62,663 nt of DNA, taken from a bacterium. Its GTDB lineage: Bacteria; UBP14; UBA6098. Made by a program: the position numbers and the translations under genes. Position 1 is the stretch's first letter; every line of letters begins with the position of its first letter. Where the stretch lies: the NCBI GenBank assembly GCA_023145965.1, contig JAGLDC010000037.1, positions 1 through 62,663 of the forward strand, given 5' to 3'. The notes under the pieces are model-generated. The model was given only the letters and a program-made list of their open reading frames with translations. It was not told where the DNA came from and made no database searches. Below are positions 1 to 9,104 of the stretch, piece by piece.

Positions 1-1761
1 GCGCATATTGATCATGGTAAATCCACACTTGCAGATAGAATGCTGGAAGTTACTAATGTCATTGATATGGGTTCACATGAAGCTCTTGTGTTAGATGATA
101 TGGAGCTGGAAAAAGAGCGCGGGATTACAATCAAATCTCATGCGATACGCATGGAATACGAAAAAGATGGAAAAACATATATTCTTAATCTTATAGATAC
201 TCCCGGACATGTCGATTTTACCTATGAGGTTTCACGCTCTTTGGCGGCTTGCGAGGGTGCAATTATTGTTGTTGATGCTACTCAGGGTATTGAAGCACAG
301 ACAATTTCTAATCTCTATCTAGCTCTAGAAAACAACCTCGAGATAATCCCTGTTGTTAACAAGATAGATATGCCCGCAGCGCGACCTGATGATGTGGCCA
401 TTGAAATAGCTGAGCTTATAGGCTGTGATATTGGTGAGGTGCTTCTGGTTTCAGCCAAGACCGGCGAAGGTGTTGGGTGCGTTCTGGATGCTATAGTTAA
501 ACGAATTCCTCCACCATCGGGAAGCAAAAATGCCCCACCTTGTGCTCTCATTTTCGATAGTTTTTACGATACATATCGAGGCGTGGTGGTCTATATCCGC
601 GTGGTCGAAGGCGTTATATCGCGCGGTGATAAGATTAAATTTTTTGTTACAAATAAACAATATGAAATAGACGAACTCGGCTATTTAACGCTCAGTCTTG
701 AAAAGACCGATTCACTTTCCGCTGGCGAAGTGGGTTATCTCATGGCGAATATTAAAAGCGTTGGCGATGCACGCGTTGGAGATACTATCACTATTATATC
801 GAATCCCGCACCCAAACCGCTTCCGGGATACCGTGAGGTTAAACCCATGGTCTTTAGTGGGTTCTACCCAACGAATCCCGAAGATTTTGAGAGCCTTCGT
901 TCTGCGCTTGAAAAGCTTAAACTTAACGATGCAAGTCTTGTCTATGAGCCGGAAACCTCTGCGGCTTTGGGTTTCGGTTTTCGGTGCGGTTTTTTGGGGC
1001 TTCTTCATCTCGAAATTAGTCAAGAGAGGCTTTATCGGGAATACAATCTTGATATTGTAGCGACCGTGCCCAATGTAGAATACAAGGTAATAACAAAAAA
1101 GGGTAAGGTTCTCGCTGTCGAAAATCCGGCCAAAATGCCAAATCCATTGGAAATTGAAAGTGTCGAGGAACCTTATGTCGAGGCCGAGATCATTACACCA
1201 CACGAATATGTTAGTCCTATAATGGGTTTAGTTAAAGAAAGGCGCGGTGAATATATCGCTACGGAGTACGTCGATCCGGCGAGGGTTTTATTAAAGTTTA
1301 GTATTCCACTCGCCGAGATAATTTTTGATTTCTTCGATAAGATGAAGACCGTTTCCCGTGGTTATGGTAGCTTCGACTATATCCTGGTCGGATACAGACC
1401 TTCGGATTTAGTAAAACTCGATGTCCGTGTTAATGGCGATCTTGTCGATGCCTTGTCCATTATTATTCACCGAGAACGAACCTATGATTGGGGCCAAAAA
1501 TTAGTTAGCAAATTGAAAGAGTTGATTCCACGCCAGATGTATGAGGTTGTGATTCAAGCGGCGGTTGGATCGCGAGTTATATCCCGTGCAAGGCGTGCGC
1601 CATTGAGAAAAAACGTAACCGCAAAGTGCTATGGAGGCGATATTTCGCGAAAACGGAAGCTCCTAGAGCGCCAAAAAGAGGGCAAACGACGCATGAAAAT
1701 GGTCGGAAGTGTAGAGATACCTCAAGATGCCTTTTTTGCGGTTTTAAAAATTGAGCGCTAG
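1..1761 (+). CDS. lepA: Elongation factor 4 (LepA), 5' end truncated by window edge
   Basis: Bases 1-39 read in frame as [13 protein letters not shown] (GTPase G1 region), so the gene starts upstream of the window. DTPGHVDF (G3), NKID (G4) and a LepA-type C-terminal region ([17 protein letters not shown]..., [25 protein letters not shown]-like tail) are present. Confidence 0.95.
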   Translation, partial: AHIDHGKSTLADRMLEVTNVIDMGSHEALVLDDMELEKERGITIKSHAIRMEYEKDGKTYILNLIDTPGHVDFTYEVSRSLAACEGAIIVVDATQGIEAQTISNLYLALENNLEIIPVVNKIDMPAARPDDVAIEIAELIGCDIGEVLLVSAKTGEGVGCVLDAIVKRIPPPSGSKNAPPCALIFDSFYDTYRGVVVYIRVVEGVISRGDKIKFFVTNKQYEIDELGYLTLSLEKTDSLSAGEVGYLMANIKSVGDARVGDTITIISNPAPKPLPGYREVKPMVFSGFYPTNPEDFESLRSALEKLKLNDASLVYEPETSAALGFGFRCGFLGLLHLEISQERLYREYNLDIVATVPNVEYKVITKKGKVLAVENPAKMPNPLEIESVEEPYVEAEIITPHEYVSPIMGLVKERRGEYIATEYVDPARVLLKFSIPLAEIIFDFFDKMKTVSRGYGSFDYILVGYRPSDLVKLDVRVNGDLVDALSIIIHRERTYDWGQKLVSKLKELIPRQMYEVVIQAAVGSRVISRARRAPLRKNVTAKCYGGDISRKRKLLERQKEGKRRMKMVGSVEIPQDAFFAVLKIER

Positions 1762-1830
1762 TTTATGCATTTTATAGGTTAATAGAGGGCTTTAAATCAT
1801 GTTATTAAATGCTGAATGCTATTAAATTTC

Positions 1831-1859
1831 TTGAATTAGGCATTGTTTATTCCTATAAT
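1831..1859 (+). promoter_or_regulatory. sigma70-type promoter (TTGAAT-17 nt-TATAAT) upstream of pilin gene
   Basis: TTGAAT at 1831-1836, exact 17-nt spacer, consensus TATAAT at 1854-1859, about 40 nt upstream of the ATG at 1900. Confidence 0.5.
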
Positions 1860-1899
1860 ATCTCTGAAGGCGCAATAAAAAGGAAAGACCATCACAGTC

Positions 1900-2415
1900 A
1901 TGGCAAAAAAAATTGATAGACATAAGGGATCTCTCGGTATAACCTTGGTTGAATTAATGATCGTCTTGATCATTATCGGAGTCCTTTCATCGCTAGCAAT
2001 AATTCGTTTTAGTTCTGCATCTAAGAAAGCAAAAATCCGAGAAGCAGCTGTTATGTTGGCTTATCTTTGGGATATTCAATACGAATATTATGTGGCTAAC
2101 GGTGAATTTATACATCAGAAGAACTTCGGATTTATACTCTTCGAGGTGGATTTCGGTTTTTCTTGGTTCGATAGAAGTAATGAATCACTTAGGAAAGAGC
2201 TGAACTATAGTTCTCCATCAGGAAAATCTAAATTTTGGTACATTAGTGGATTTGGTGGCTCTGGTTTTACAACTCATGCTTACCCTAAGGTTAGCGGTGA
2301 TTTTATAAATTGGGATGAAGAAGATGTCGATAACAGCCTGAAGGGAATAACTCTCTCTGTTGACAATGACCGCACTATTTATGTATATGGCTTCGGTAAC
2401 GTAATGAAGCTTTAA
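1900..2415 (+). CDS. Type IV pilin / pseudopilin-like protein (prepilin N-terminal methylation motif)
   Basis: Short basic leader ending in G, then ITLVELMIVLIIIGVLSSLAI with Glu at +5. This is the class III signal peptide followed by a hydrophobic alpha1 helix. Confidence 0.75.
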   Translation: MAKKIDRHKGSLGITLVELMIVLIIIGVLSSLAIIRFSSASKKAKIREAAVMLAYLWDIQYEYYVANGEFIHQKNFGFILFEVDFGFSWFDRSNESLRKELNYSSPSGKSKFWYISGFGGSGFTTHAYPKVSGDFINWDEEDVDNSLKGITLSVDNDRTIYVYGFGNVMKL

Positions 2416-2462
2416 TTAAAGCTCAGAGGAATATCCACGAGAGATTGAGAATTTGATTTATC

Positions 2463-2491
2463 TTGACCTAAAAGGGAAAAGGTATTATCTT
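2463..2491 (+). promoter_or_regulatory. Possible sigma70 promoter (TTGACC-17 nt-TATCTT)
   Basis: Hexamers with 17-nt spacing about 30 nt upstream of the 2524 ORF. The -10 element is weak. Confidence 0.3.
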
Positions 2492-2523
2492 CCCCCTATA
2501 TTTAGTTATTAAGGAAGGTCATA

Positions 2524-2763
2524 ATGATCAAATGGGCAATAATTATTGGAGCACTTGCTGTTTTTGAAATTCTCGGATTGGTTGTCGAATTTCCTCACGA
2601 ATACCTTTTTCTACCTCCTCTATTAATCTTAATGTCTGTTCTCGCTATGTTTTATCGTGTATATAATAAAATAAAACAAGGCGAAAGAGAAAAAATCAAG
2701 CATGAGCTCTATGAGCTTAAGCAAAAAATGGAAGAAACTTCTGAAACAACGATAAATAGTTAG
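2524..2763 (+). CDS. Small membrane protein, unknown function (2 TM helices plus charged coiled C-terminus)
   Basis: AAGGAAGG SD upstream. Two hydrophobic helices, then a KQGEREKIKHELYELKQKMEE tail. Stops 2 nt before kdsA. Confidence 0.5.
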   Translation: MIKWAIIIGALAVFEILGLVVEFPHEYLFLPPLLILMSVLAMFYRVYNKIKQGEREKIKHELYELKQKMEETSETTINS

Positions 2764-2765
2764 AA

Positions 2766-3587
2766 ATGATGAAGCTTAAAACTCCATCCCGCGAAATTAG
2801 AATTGGAGATATAAAGGTTGGCGGGGATAACACCTGGGCATTGATAGCTGGTCCATGTGCGATCGAGAGCGAGGAAGTTGCTCTTCAAACTGCGGATTAT
2901 CTTGCAAAAATTTGTTCAGATTTAGATATCCCATACATTTTTAAAGCCAGTTATGACAAAGCTAATCGCCTATCGGGAAAATCTCCGAGAGGTATTGGTA
3001 TTCAAAGAGGCCTAGAGATTCTTGATAAGGTAGGTTCCAAGATTGGAGTGCCTGTTTTAACCGATGTTCACTCTTCCGACGAGGTTTCTCGTGTTGCTGA
3101 AGTTGTAGATTGTCTCCAGATACCAGCATTTCTTTGCAGGCAAACTGATTTACTCATTTGCGCCGCTGAAACCGGCCTTCCGGTTAATATAAAAAAGGGT
3201 CAATTTCTCGCTCCGGAAGATATGAAACCCATTACAGATAAAGTATTATCGATCGGAAGCGGTGGGCTTTTAATAACCGAGAGGGGAACTTCGTTCGGGT
3301 ATCATAATCTCGTAGTCGATTTCAGAGGTATCCCGATTATGTCTCGATATGGATGGCCTATTGTTATGGATGTTACGCATAGCCTGCAAAGGCCGGGTGG
3401 AGAAGGTGGTTCGAGTGGAGGAGATAGAGAATTTGCTCCGCATTTGGCGGTTTGTGCCCTTTCTCTTGAAGTCGATGCATTATTCATTGAAATCCATCCC
3501 GATCCGGACAAAGCAATTTCCGATAAAAAAACTCAATGGCCTCTATCGCAAGCCAAAGAGCTTCTCGAATTCCTCAAGAACGGATAA
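2766..3587 (+). CDS. kdsA: 2-dehydro-3-deoxyphosphooctonate aldolase (KDO-8-P synthase)
   Basis: IAGPCAIES, FKASYDKANR, PVLTDVH, LQIPAFLCRQTDL, KKGQFL and DVTHSLQ motifs. Length of 273 aa is typical. Confidence 0.9.
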   Translation: MMKLKTPSREIRIGDIKVGGDNTWALIAGPCAIESEEVALQTADYLAKICSDLDIPYIFKASYDKANRLSGKSPRGIGIQRGLEILDKVGSKIGVPVLTDVHSSDEVSRVAEVVDCLQIPAFLCRQTDLLICAAETGLPVNIKKGQFLAPEDMKPITDKVLSIGSGGLLITERGTSFGYHNLVVDFRGIPIMSRYGWPIVMDVTHSLQRPGGEGGSSGGDREFAPHLAVCALSLEVDALFIEIHPDPDKAISDKKTQWPLSQAKELLEFLKNG

Positions 3588-3591
3588 TTCA

Positions 3592-4194
3592 CTAAATTTG
3601 CGGGACTCTATTCTCAATTGCGCGTGAGAGAGTGGATTTGTCTGCGAATTCCAGATCACCACCCACAGGAAGGCCCCTAGCGATACGCGTAGTTTTTAAA
3701 TTAAAAGGTAAAACTAGTTTAGCTATATACATCGCGGTTGTGTCGCCTTCTGTTGTGGGGTTTGTTGCCAAAATAAGCTCTTCAACCGAGCCTTCATTGA
3801 GTCTCTTTAATAGAGCATCAAGATTAAGCTCATCTGGCCCTATGCCTGATAGTGGGTCTAATACTCCTCCGAGCACATGGTAACAACCCTTGAAGCTGTT
3901 TGTTGCTTCAATAGCTAAGAGATCGGAAATCTCTTCTACTACGCATATTATGCTTTTATCTCTTTGTGGATTCAAACAAATCGCGCATGGGTCGGATTCC
4001 GATATTGAACCGCAGATGCTGCAGAATTTAACATTATCGATGAAGCTATTAAGAGCGTTAGCTAAGGCGCGCGCATCTTCGGATGGTTTGTGCAAAACAT
4101 AAAACGCGATTCTACGAGCGCTTCTTCTTCCAATCCCCGGAAGGCGGGAAAGTTCATCTATCAAGTTTTCGAGTATGGCAGGAATTTCAGACAT
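3592..4194 (-). CDS. recR: Recombination protein RecR
   Basis: N-terminal HhH (LPGIGRRSARRIAF), C4 zinc finger CxxC...CxxC (CSICGSISESDPCAIC), Toprim region (ICVVEE...ATNPTTEGDTTA). Confidence 0.95.
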   Translation of the reverse strand: MSEIPAILENLIDELSRLPGIGRRSARRIAFYVLHKPSEDARALANALNSFIDNVKFCSICGSISESDPCAICLNPQRDKSIICVVEEISDLLAIEATNSFKGCYHVLGGVLDPLSGIGPDELNLDALLKRLNEGSVEELILATNPTTEGDTTAMYIAKLVLPFNLKTTRIARGLPVGGDLEFADKSTLSRAIENRVPQI

Positions 4195-4213
4195 ATATTT
4201 AGAACGGTTAAAA

Positions 4214-5557
4214 TTATGGTTTTTCAGGGAGTATGGTATATGGTGTTACAAAGATAACTAATTCGGTTTCATTTGTTTGGTCTTGTTCAAAACGGAACAA
4301 GCGGCCGATAATAGGAATATCCTTTAAAATCGGAACTCCTCGCATAAGGGCTTTTGTGTCCCTCGTAGTGAGGCCTCCTATAATAAGCGCCCCTCCATCA
4401 TCGACAATAACACTCGTTTTTGCCCATCTTGTAATGATGCTATATCCAGCAGAGCCCGGAGAATATGAGTTGCGTTCGATGTAAAGATCCAAGGACACCC
4501 TTCCCAAGCTTGTAATATGGGGCTTAACTCGAAGCGTAACTCCTATATCGAATAGAGTCGTTACTACATTTCCCGCTTCATCTGTTGTGTTGATCGGGAT
4601 CTTAACACCGGACATTATTTCCGCTTCCTGATTGTCGAGAGTCACGATTTCAGGATTATCAACAATTTCGCCATTGTTGTTTGAAGTCAAGGCAGCGATG
4701 GAAACACCTATGTCATAGTCTCCAGAGACTATTCCCCATGTAAAAGAACCGAGTTGGTCTGTAACACCGATTTCCTGAGCACGGACTCCGAGACTAGCAT
4801 ATTGATCGTTTGGCGGGATGTTTCCGGTTTTACCGCTAGTCGCTATGCCTTGTGAGACGCCAGCTCCAGCTTCCCAAGCAACCCCAAGCTTGTCCAGCAG
4901 CTCCTTATCTACATTGAGGATTTTAGCTGAAACGCGAATTTGTGGTGTTTCTGTATCCAGAACTAAAATAAGGCTCTCGATTCTTGTGAAGACTTCAGGA
5001 ATATCGTTTACGACGATGGAATTCGTTCTACCATCGACAACTAATTCGCCTTCCGGAGTGAGTGTTCCTCGAAGAACCTGAGCCATGGCATTTGCATCGG
5101 CGTAACTGAGCAGGAATATATGTGTGTCATGTGGAATGAGTTGTTGCTTTTGTTGTTGATATTCGCGTTCATCGAGAATGTCCCGTCTATAATCATCGAG
5201 ACGCATTGCACGATATGTGTTGCCCTCTTGGATAAGAGTCAAGCTGAAGGTGTTTATTATACTCTGAAATGCGGTTGCCCATGTGACGTTTCTCAGTTTA
5301 AGGTCCACTGTTCCGGAGATTCTGTTATCGACGATAATATTAATATCCCCGGTTTCAGAGAAAAAATTTACAACGGATTTAATATCTGCCGACTGAAATA
5401 CTATTTGAGGAAATAACCTGTCTCCATGAGGAGATATTTCGTTAGCATTAGCAACACCTTCTTCGAGCTTTCTTAAAAAGTTGTATCCGACATCCTGGGC
5501 AAAAATGTTTAATGCTGCGGCTAAAAAGACGATGATGAGAATAGAGCTCTTTTTCAT
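4214..5557 (-). CDS. pilQ: Type IV pilus secretin PilQ (short form, no AMIN domain)
   Basis: Signal peptide, STN/N0-like module, and a secretin C-domain with GGLTTRD...RGVPILKDIPIIGRLFR...TELVIFVTP. Last gene of the pilMNOPQ block. Confidence 0.85.
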   Translation of the reverse strand: MKKSSILIIVFLAAALNIFAQDVGYNFLRKLEEGVANANEISPHGDRLFPQIVFQSADIKSVVNFFSETGDINIIVDNRISGTVDLKLRNVTWATAFQSIINTFSLTLIQEGNTYRAMRLDDYRRDILDEREYQQQKQQLIPHDTHIFLLSYADANAMAQVLRGTLTPEGELVVDGRTNSIVVNDIPEVFTRIESLILVLDTETPQIRVSAKILNVDKELLDKLGVAWEAGAGVSQGIATSGKTGNIPPNDQYASLGVRAQEIGVTDQLGSFTWGIVSGDYDIGVSIAALTSNNNGEIVDNPEIVTLDNQEAEIMSGVKIPINTTDEAGNVVTTLFDIGVTLRVKPHITSLGRVSLDLYIERNSYSPGSAGYSIITRWAKTSVIVDDGGALIIGGLTTRDTKALMRGVPILKDIPIIGRLFRFEQDQTNETELVIFVTPYTILPEKP

Positions 5558-6519
5558 CGGTCTTTCACCTCCTTTGGCAAAGAAAGAGTTACTTGCCTGA
5601 TTACTCCAAATTCTTCAATATTAAAGGTTACAGTAGTATCCGAGATTTCGGAGATGATGCCACCTTTAATGCTATCGCCGGTTCCATAAATGTAACCCCA
5701 CCCTCGAGCATCTTGCAAAACTGCAATTTTATTGATTCCTCGTCCAGCGACTACTCCCACAAGCATAAGGTCCTCTACAATTGGGAATGCCTCTTCGCCG
5801 AGTTTTGATTCGGTTGCGGGTTTTGCTACTACAAATGGGTCAGGAAAATCCCAACCTCTATATACCACGAGAGGGCGAATATAGCTTGCGCCCTCTCCTA
5901 GAGAATCCCCAGATATAAAGGCTTTTTGAACCTGTTCCTCGTGCACTCTTCTAGTAGGTCTCGGTTTTTTTATAGAGGATGGGGGTTCCGAGGTTTTTTG
6001 AGTTTCGCTTTTTTCTTTTATAGGCTTGGCTTCGGTTTTTACTTCTTTGGGTGCTTCTTCTGTCTCCGATATTGGCTTTACCTTAATTTTATCGGCCGGA
6101 GTGGCTCTACTAATTGACCACTCAGTGAAATCAGGATAGCCGGGTGTAGGCACAATAACTTTGCCTGATCTGGGGCCATCAGACGAGCTAATTTCCCCTG
6201 TGGGTTCGGCCAACACAAATACAATTCGCGTAATAGGTGGATCGCTTTGAAATTGAGCTGAACGGGCTTCGACAACTATCCCCGGTGGAAGCGGAGGAAT
6301 GTTTTTGTCCTTAAGGCGATGGATACCGCCAATTAGGTCGATAAGAAGCCGGTCTGGATTCTGGAGACGCGCGGTCTTAATCGATGAAGGCCCCGAAGTC
6401 AAAACTTCCGTGATCGTGTTATCGCCTTCTCGATATATCTTCAAACCCACGACATCATACTCAGAAGCCGAAATGCTTATAATAGTAACAAGGATTATTA
6501 TTAATATTTTTTTCATCAT
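5554..6519 (-). CDS. PilP-like pilus assembly protein with N-terminal AMIN-like domain
   Basis: Sits between pilO and pilQ with 4-nt overlaps. Signal peptide, AMIN-like segment (NPDRLLIDLIGG...ITRIVFVLAEP), K/E/P/T-rich linker, and a C-terminal PilP-like beta domain (IAVLQDARGWGYIYGTGDSIKGGIISEISDTTVTFN). Confidence 0.55.
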   Translation of the reverse strand: MMKKILIIILVTIISISASEYDVVGLKIYREGDNTITEVLTSGPSSIKTARLQNPDRLLIDLIGGIHRLKDKNIPPLPPGIVVEARSAQFQSDPPITRIVFVLAEPTGEISSSDGPRSGKVIVPTPGYPDFTEWSISRATPADKIKVKPISETEEAPKEVKTEAKPIKEKSETQKTSEPPSSIKKPRPTRRVHEEQVQKAFISGDSLGEGASYIRPLVVYRGWDFPDPFVVAKPATESKLGEEAFPIVEDLMLVGVVAGRGINKIAVLQDARGWGYIYGTGDSIKGGIISEISDTTVTFNIEEFGVIRQVTLSLPKEVKDR

Positions 6520-7214
6520 TCTAGCGTTGGGATAATGCCCCCGGAAACTCCGCTGAGCGCATCGTCCTCAGTTGCGCGGGGTTTAGTGCCCGGAGTAGGT
6601 TTTGAAATAGCGCCTTGACTCGATTGATTAACTTCGGTTAACATAGAAGGCGGTTGAAGCCTTTCCTCGGTTTTAATATGATATGCATTTATTACAAACT
6701 CAGAGTTAACTGTCTCACTTCCCTTCGAGCTATTTTTTACCAAAAAGTTTTTAGTTGTAGCAACAAATTTAAGATTTGCGATTGATTCGAGGAAAGAACC
6801 AAGTTCATGATATTTACCAGAAATTACAATTCTATAAGGATTGGTATGATAGTATTCAGATGCCTCGGAGGGGATAACATCGAGTTGCCTGACCATCATG
6901 TTATTCTCTCTTGCCGAAATATTGAATTTTGTTACAAAATCTGCAACATCCCTTTCTGTTGGCATTAATTCCTCGAGAAGTTTATATCGAATAAAAAGCC
7001 TTTCAACCTCTTTTTTAAGTTGAGGTAGTTTAGCCGCGGAGAGTTTGATATTTGAAAGCTTAAGATTAAGCTGTTCTAAAGTTTCTCTTTTTTCCTGTAT
7101 GATTTCTTTATTAGGAGTATATATCTGAGTGAGCCACAAAGCAAAAATAACACCGAAAATAAGAATCCCAGCGGCGATCTTTTGAACTTTATGGTCTTTA
7201 AAACTTATATTCAA
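6516..7214 (-). CDS. pilO: Type IV pilus assembly protein PilO
   Basis: Single N-terminal TM helix, coiled coil, then a ferredoxin-like C-terminal part. Operon position between pilN and the pilP-like gene. Confidence 0.7.
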   Translation of the reverse strand: MNISFKDHKVQKIAAGILIFGVIFALWLTQIYTPNKEIIQEKRETLEQLNLKLSNIKLSAAKLPQLKKEVERLFIRYKLLEELMPTERDVADFVTKFNISARENNMMVRQLDVIPSEASEYYHTNPYRIVISGKYHELGSFLESIANLKFVATTKNFLVKNSSKGSETVNSEFVINAYHIKTEERLQPPSMLTEVNQSSQGAISKPTPGTKPRATEDDALSGVSGGIIPTLE

Positions 7215-7936
7215 GGCTCAGGTTTCTCCTGTTTGGCTTTTTTAACAGCATCCAGTGCAGCATTTTTCTCTTGTTCAAGAGCTTCTCGGCCCAAAGGCAC
7301 AACTTTTGATGAAATAGGAGGAAGTTCATCCTTTATATTTATCTCTTCTTCGCCAATAAATTCTCCAGCATATTTCTCGGCAGTGGCAAATACTACATTT
7401 CCGGAAAGCTCGAAGCTATATTGCGTAACGCCTTCCGAAGTCGTGTTTTGTTCCCGAATATAATTCAACTTAATATCATCGAAATATTCCGAATTGATAA
7501 GACCGGCAATAAAATTGGCAATACCTTTAAGATTATAGCTTATACCTTTGACTGTAACGATCTTCTCAACTTCGACAAATTCGCTTATCCATAGAAATTC
7601 TGGTATTAAACTGGCAAACTCTTCGAATGTCTTAACCCAAAATGGTCTTTGGATTTCAAGCATTTTAATTGCTTCGATTCTCGTCGCTATTTTATCGCGT
7701 AACTCCTGAACTTGTTCGACCATGCTAACCTGTTGGCTAAAGCGTTGAATCTCGCTCTCCACTCTTGCAATTTCATTCTGAAGGGTTTCAATTTCATTTT
7801 GTTGTTGTTGAGTTTGGAACCAAAGAACAACAAGCCCTACAACCAAACAGACGAAAACATAAAGGAAATATTTATCGAAAAAAGGAACTTTCCTTTTTTT
7901 CCTAAGCTCCTGTGGTAGTAGGTTTACTTTAATCAT
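7211..7936 (-). CDS. pilN: Type IV pilus assembly protein PilN
   Basis: Canonical N-terminus MIKVNLLPQELRKKRK (the PilM-binding INLLP motif), a TM helix and a coiled coil. Confidence 0.8.
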   Translation of the reverse strand: MIKVNLLPQELRKKRKVPFFDKYFLYVFVCLVVGLVVLWFQTQQQQNEIETLQNEIARVESEIQRFSQQVSMVEQVQELRDKIATRIEAIKMLEIQRPFWVKTFEEFASLIPEFLWISEFVEVEKIVTVKGISYNLKGIANFIAGLINSEYFDDIKLNYIREQNTTSEGVTQYSFELSGNVVFATAEKYAGEFIGEEEINIKDELPPISSKVVPLGREALEQEKNAALDAVKKAKQEKPEP

Positions 7937-7937
7937 A

Positions 7938-9005
7938 CTAATCCGCCCTCAATACCAAACCAACAGCATTGGTATATATGGCTCCGATTTTTGATGGGTC
8001 CACTCCTCCAAATACTCCTTCCGCCGGCTGAAGATTCTTGAAAGGATTCATTATTTCAACAGAAACACCGGTCTTTTGCTCGATAGCTTCCGGCAAATAA
8101 TCGATCAGGGCTCCACCACCACTTAGATATATTTTATCGACTTTCCTACCTTGTGTAACATTTTCGATGTAGCTAAAAGCGACATCTAAACCGAGTTTAA
8201 TATCCTCAGCAGCATTGAAAACAGCCTCTTGAAAAGCGGTTTTATCTTCTATTGGGAATTTATCTAGCATTAAATCGTCGAGATCATCCCCTGTGAGCCT
8301 GAGCTCGGATTGAATATAATCCCATATCTGTCTAGCTCCAGTCGAGACATCTCTGACAGTATAATAGGTTCCATCAATTACAAAAGTTATATTGCAAAGC
8401 GCATGGCCAATATTAGTTAACGCGAAAACGCCCTCTTCAGGAAGACCATAATTAAACTCGAAAGCATTGAAAGTAGCAAAAAAATCGAGATCAATGGCAA
8501 TGGGTTCCAGGCCAGCGTCGCGAACAGCGTAAAAATATTGTTCCACAAGTTCTCGCCTAGCAGCAACAAGAATAACATCCTCTTTTTTGCCATCAGGGGT
8601 TTTGCCAAGATGGTGATAATCCACGGCTACACCGGATGTTCCGGTTGGGATTCTCTGTTCAGCCTCGATCATGACCGCCTCGGAAAGCCTGCCTTTTTTA
8701 CTTCCAAGCGAGACTTGAATTCTGTCGGTGAATACCTTGTGGCCTGAAAGGTTGAGGATAACCTCGTTTGTTTCCGGAGCAATTTCTTCCGCTAGGCTTT
8801 GGATAGCATAAATTACACCTTCATGGTCCTTTATGTCTTTTTCTACGATTGCGCTTTGAGGAAGGGTTTTCAAACCAAAGCCGAGGAGCTTGGGTTTGCC
8901 TACAGATGGAGGAACGATATTTACAATTTTTACATTAAAGGTGCCAATATCGAGTCCTAAAATAGAACCAGATCTTCGCCCTCTTATGGAGTCGAGAATG
9001 CTCAT
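7938..9005 (-). CDS. pilM: Type IV pilus assembly ATPase-fold protein PilM
   Basis: Actin/FtsA-like fold motifs (LGLDIGTFNVKIV, IYLSGGGA). First gene of the pilMNOPQ block. Confidence 0.85.
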   Translation of the reverse strand: MSILDSIRGRRSGSILGLDIGTFNVKIVNIVPPSVGKPKLLGFGLKTLPQSAIVEKDIKDHEGVIYAIQSLAEEIAPETNEVILNLSGHKVFTDRIQVSLGSKKGRLSEAVMIEAEQRIPTGTSGVAVDYHHLGKTPDGKKEDVILVAARRELVEQYFYAVRDAGLEPIAIDLDFFATFNAFEFNYGLPEEGVFALTNIGHALCNITFVIDGTYYTVRDVSTGARQIWDYIQSELRLTGDDLDDLMLDKFPIEDKTAFQEAVFNAAEDIKLGLDVAFSYIENVTQGRKVDKIYLSGGGALIDYLPEAIEQKTGVSVEIMNPFKNLQPAEGVFGGVDPSKIGAIYTNAVGLVLRAD

Positions 9006-9048
9006 ATTATCCTCATAAAAGGTCTAACTTATGCTATAGCTTGAGTAT

Positions 9049-9077
9049 AGTATAGATAACCTAAAGGTAATTGTCAA
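9049..9077 (-). promoter_or_regulatory. sigma70 promoter of pilM operon (TTGACA-17 nt-TATACT)
   Basis: On the minus strand: TTGACA (9077-9072), 17-nt spacer, TATACT (9054-9049), about 45 nt upstream of the pilM ATG. Confidence 0.6.
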
Positions 9078-9104
9078 GGCTAAAAAGTTCTTTTATTTAT
9101 TTTA

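Noticed and set aside
712-1203. Long antisense or shadow ORFs inside confident genes. Examples are 712-1203 (-) in lepA, 29768-30295 (+) in rho, 37615-38124 (+) in the 771-aa cargo gene, 44207-44668 (-) in the barrel-OmpA gene and 56254-56709 (-) in the PorV-like gene.
   Set aside because: Each lies entirely within a longer ORF on the opposite strand that has clear family motifs. They lack SD sites, and their translations are low-complexity or Cys/Arg/Ser-rich, as is typical of non-coding frames.
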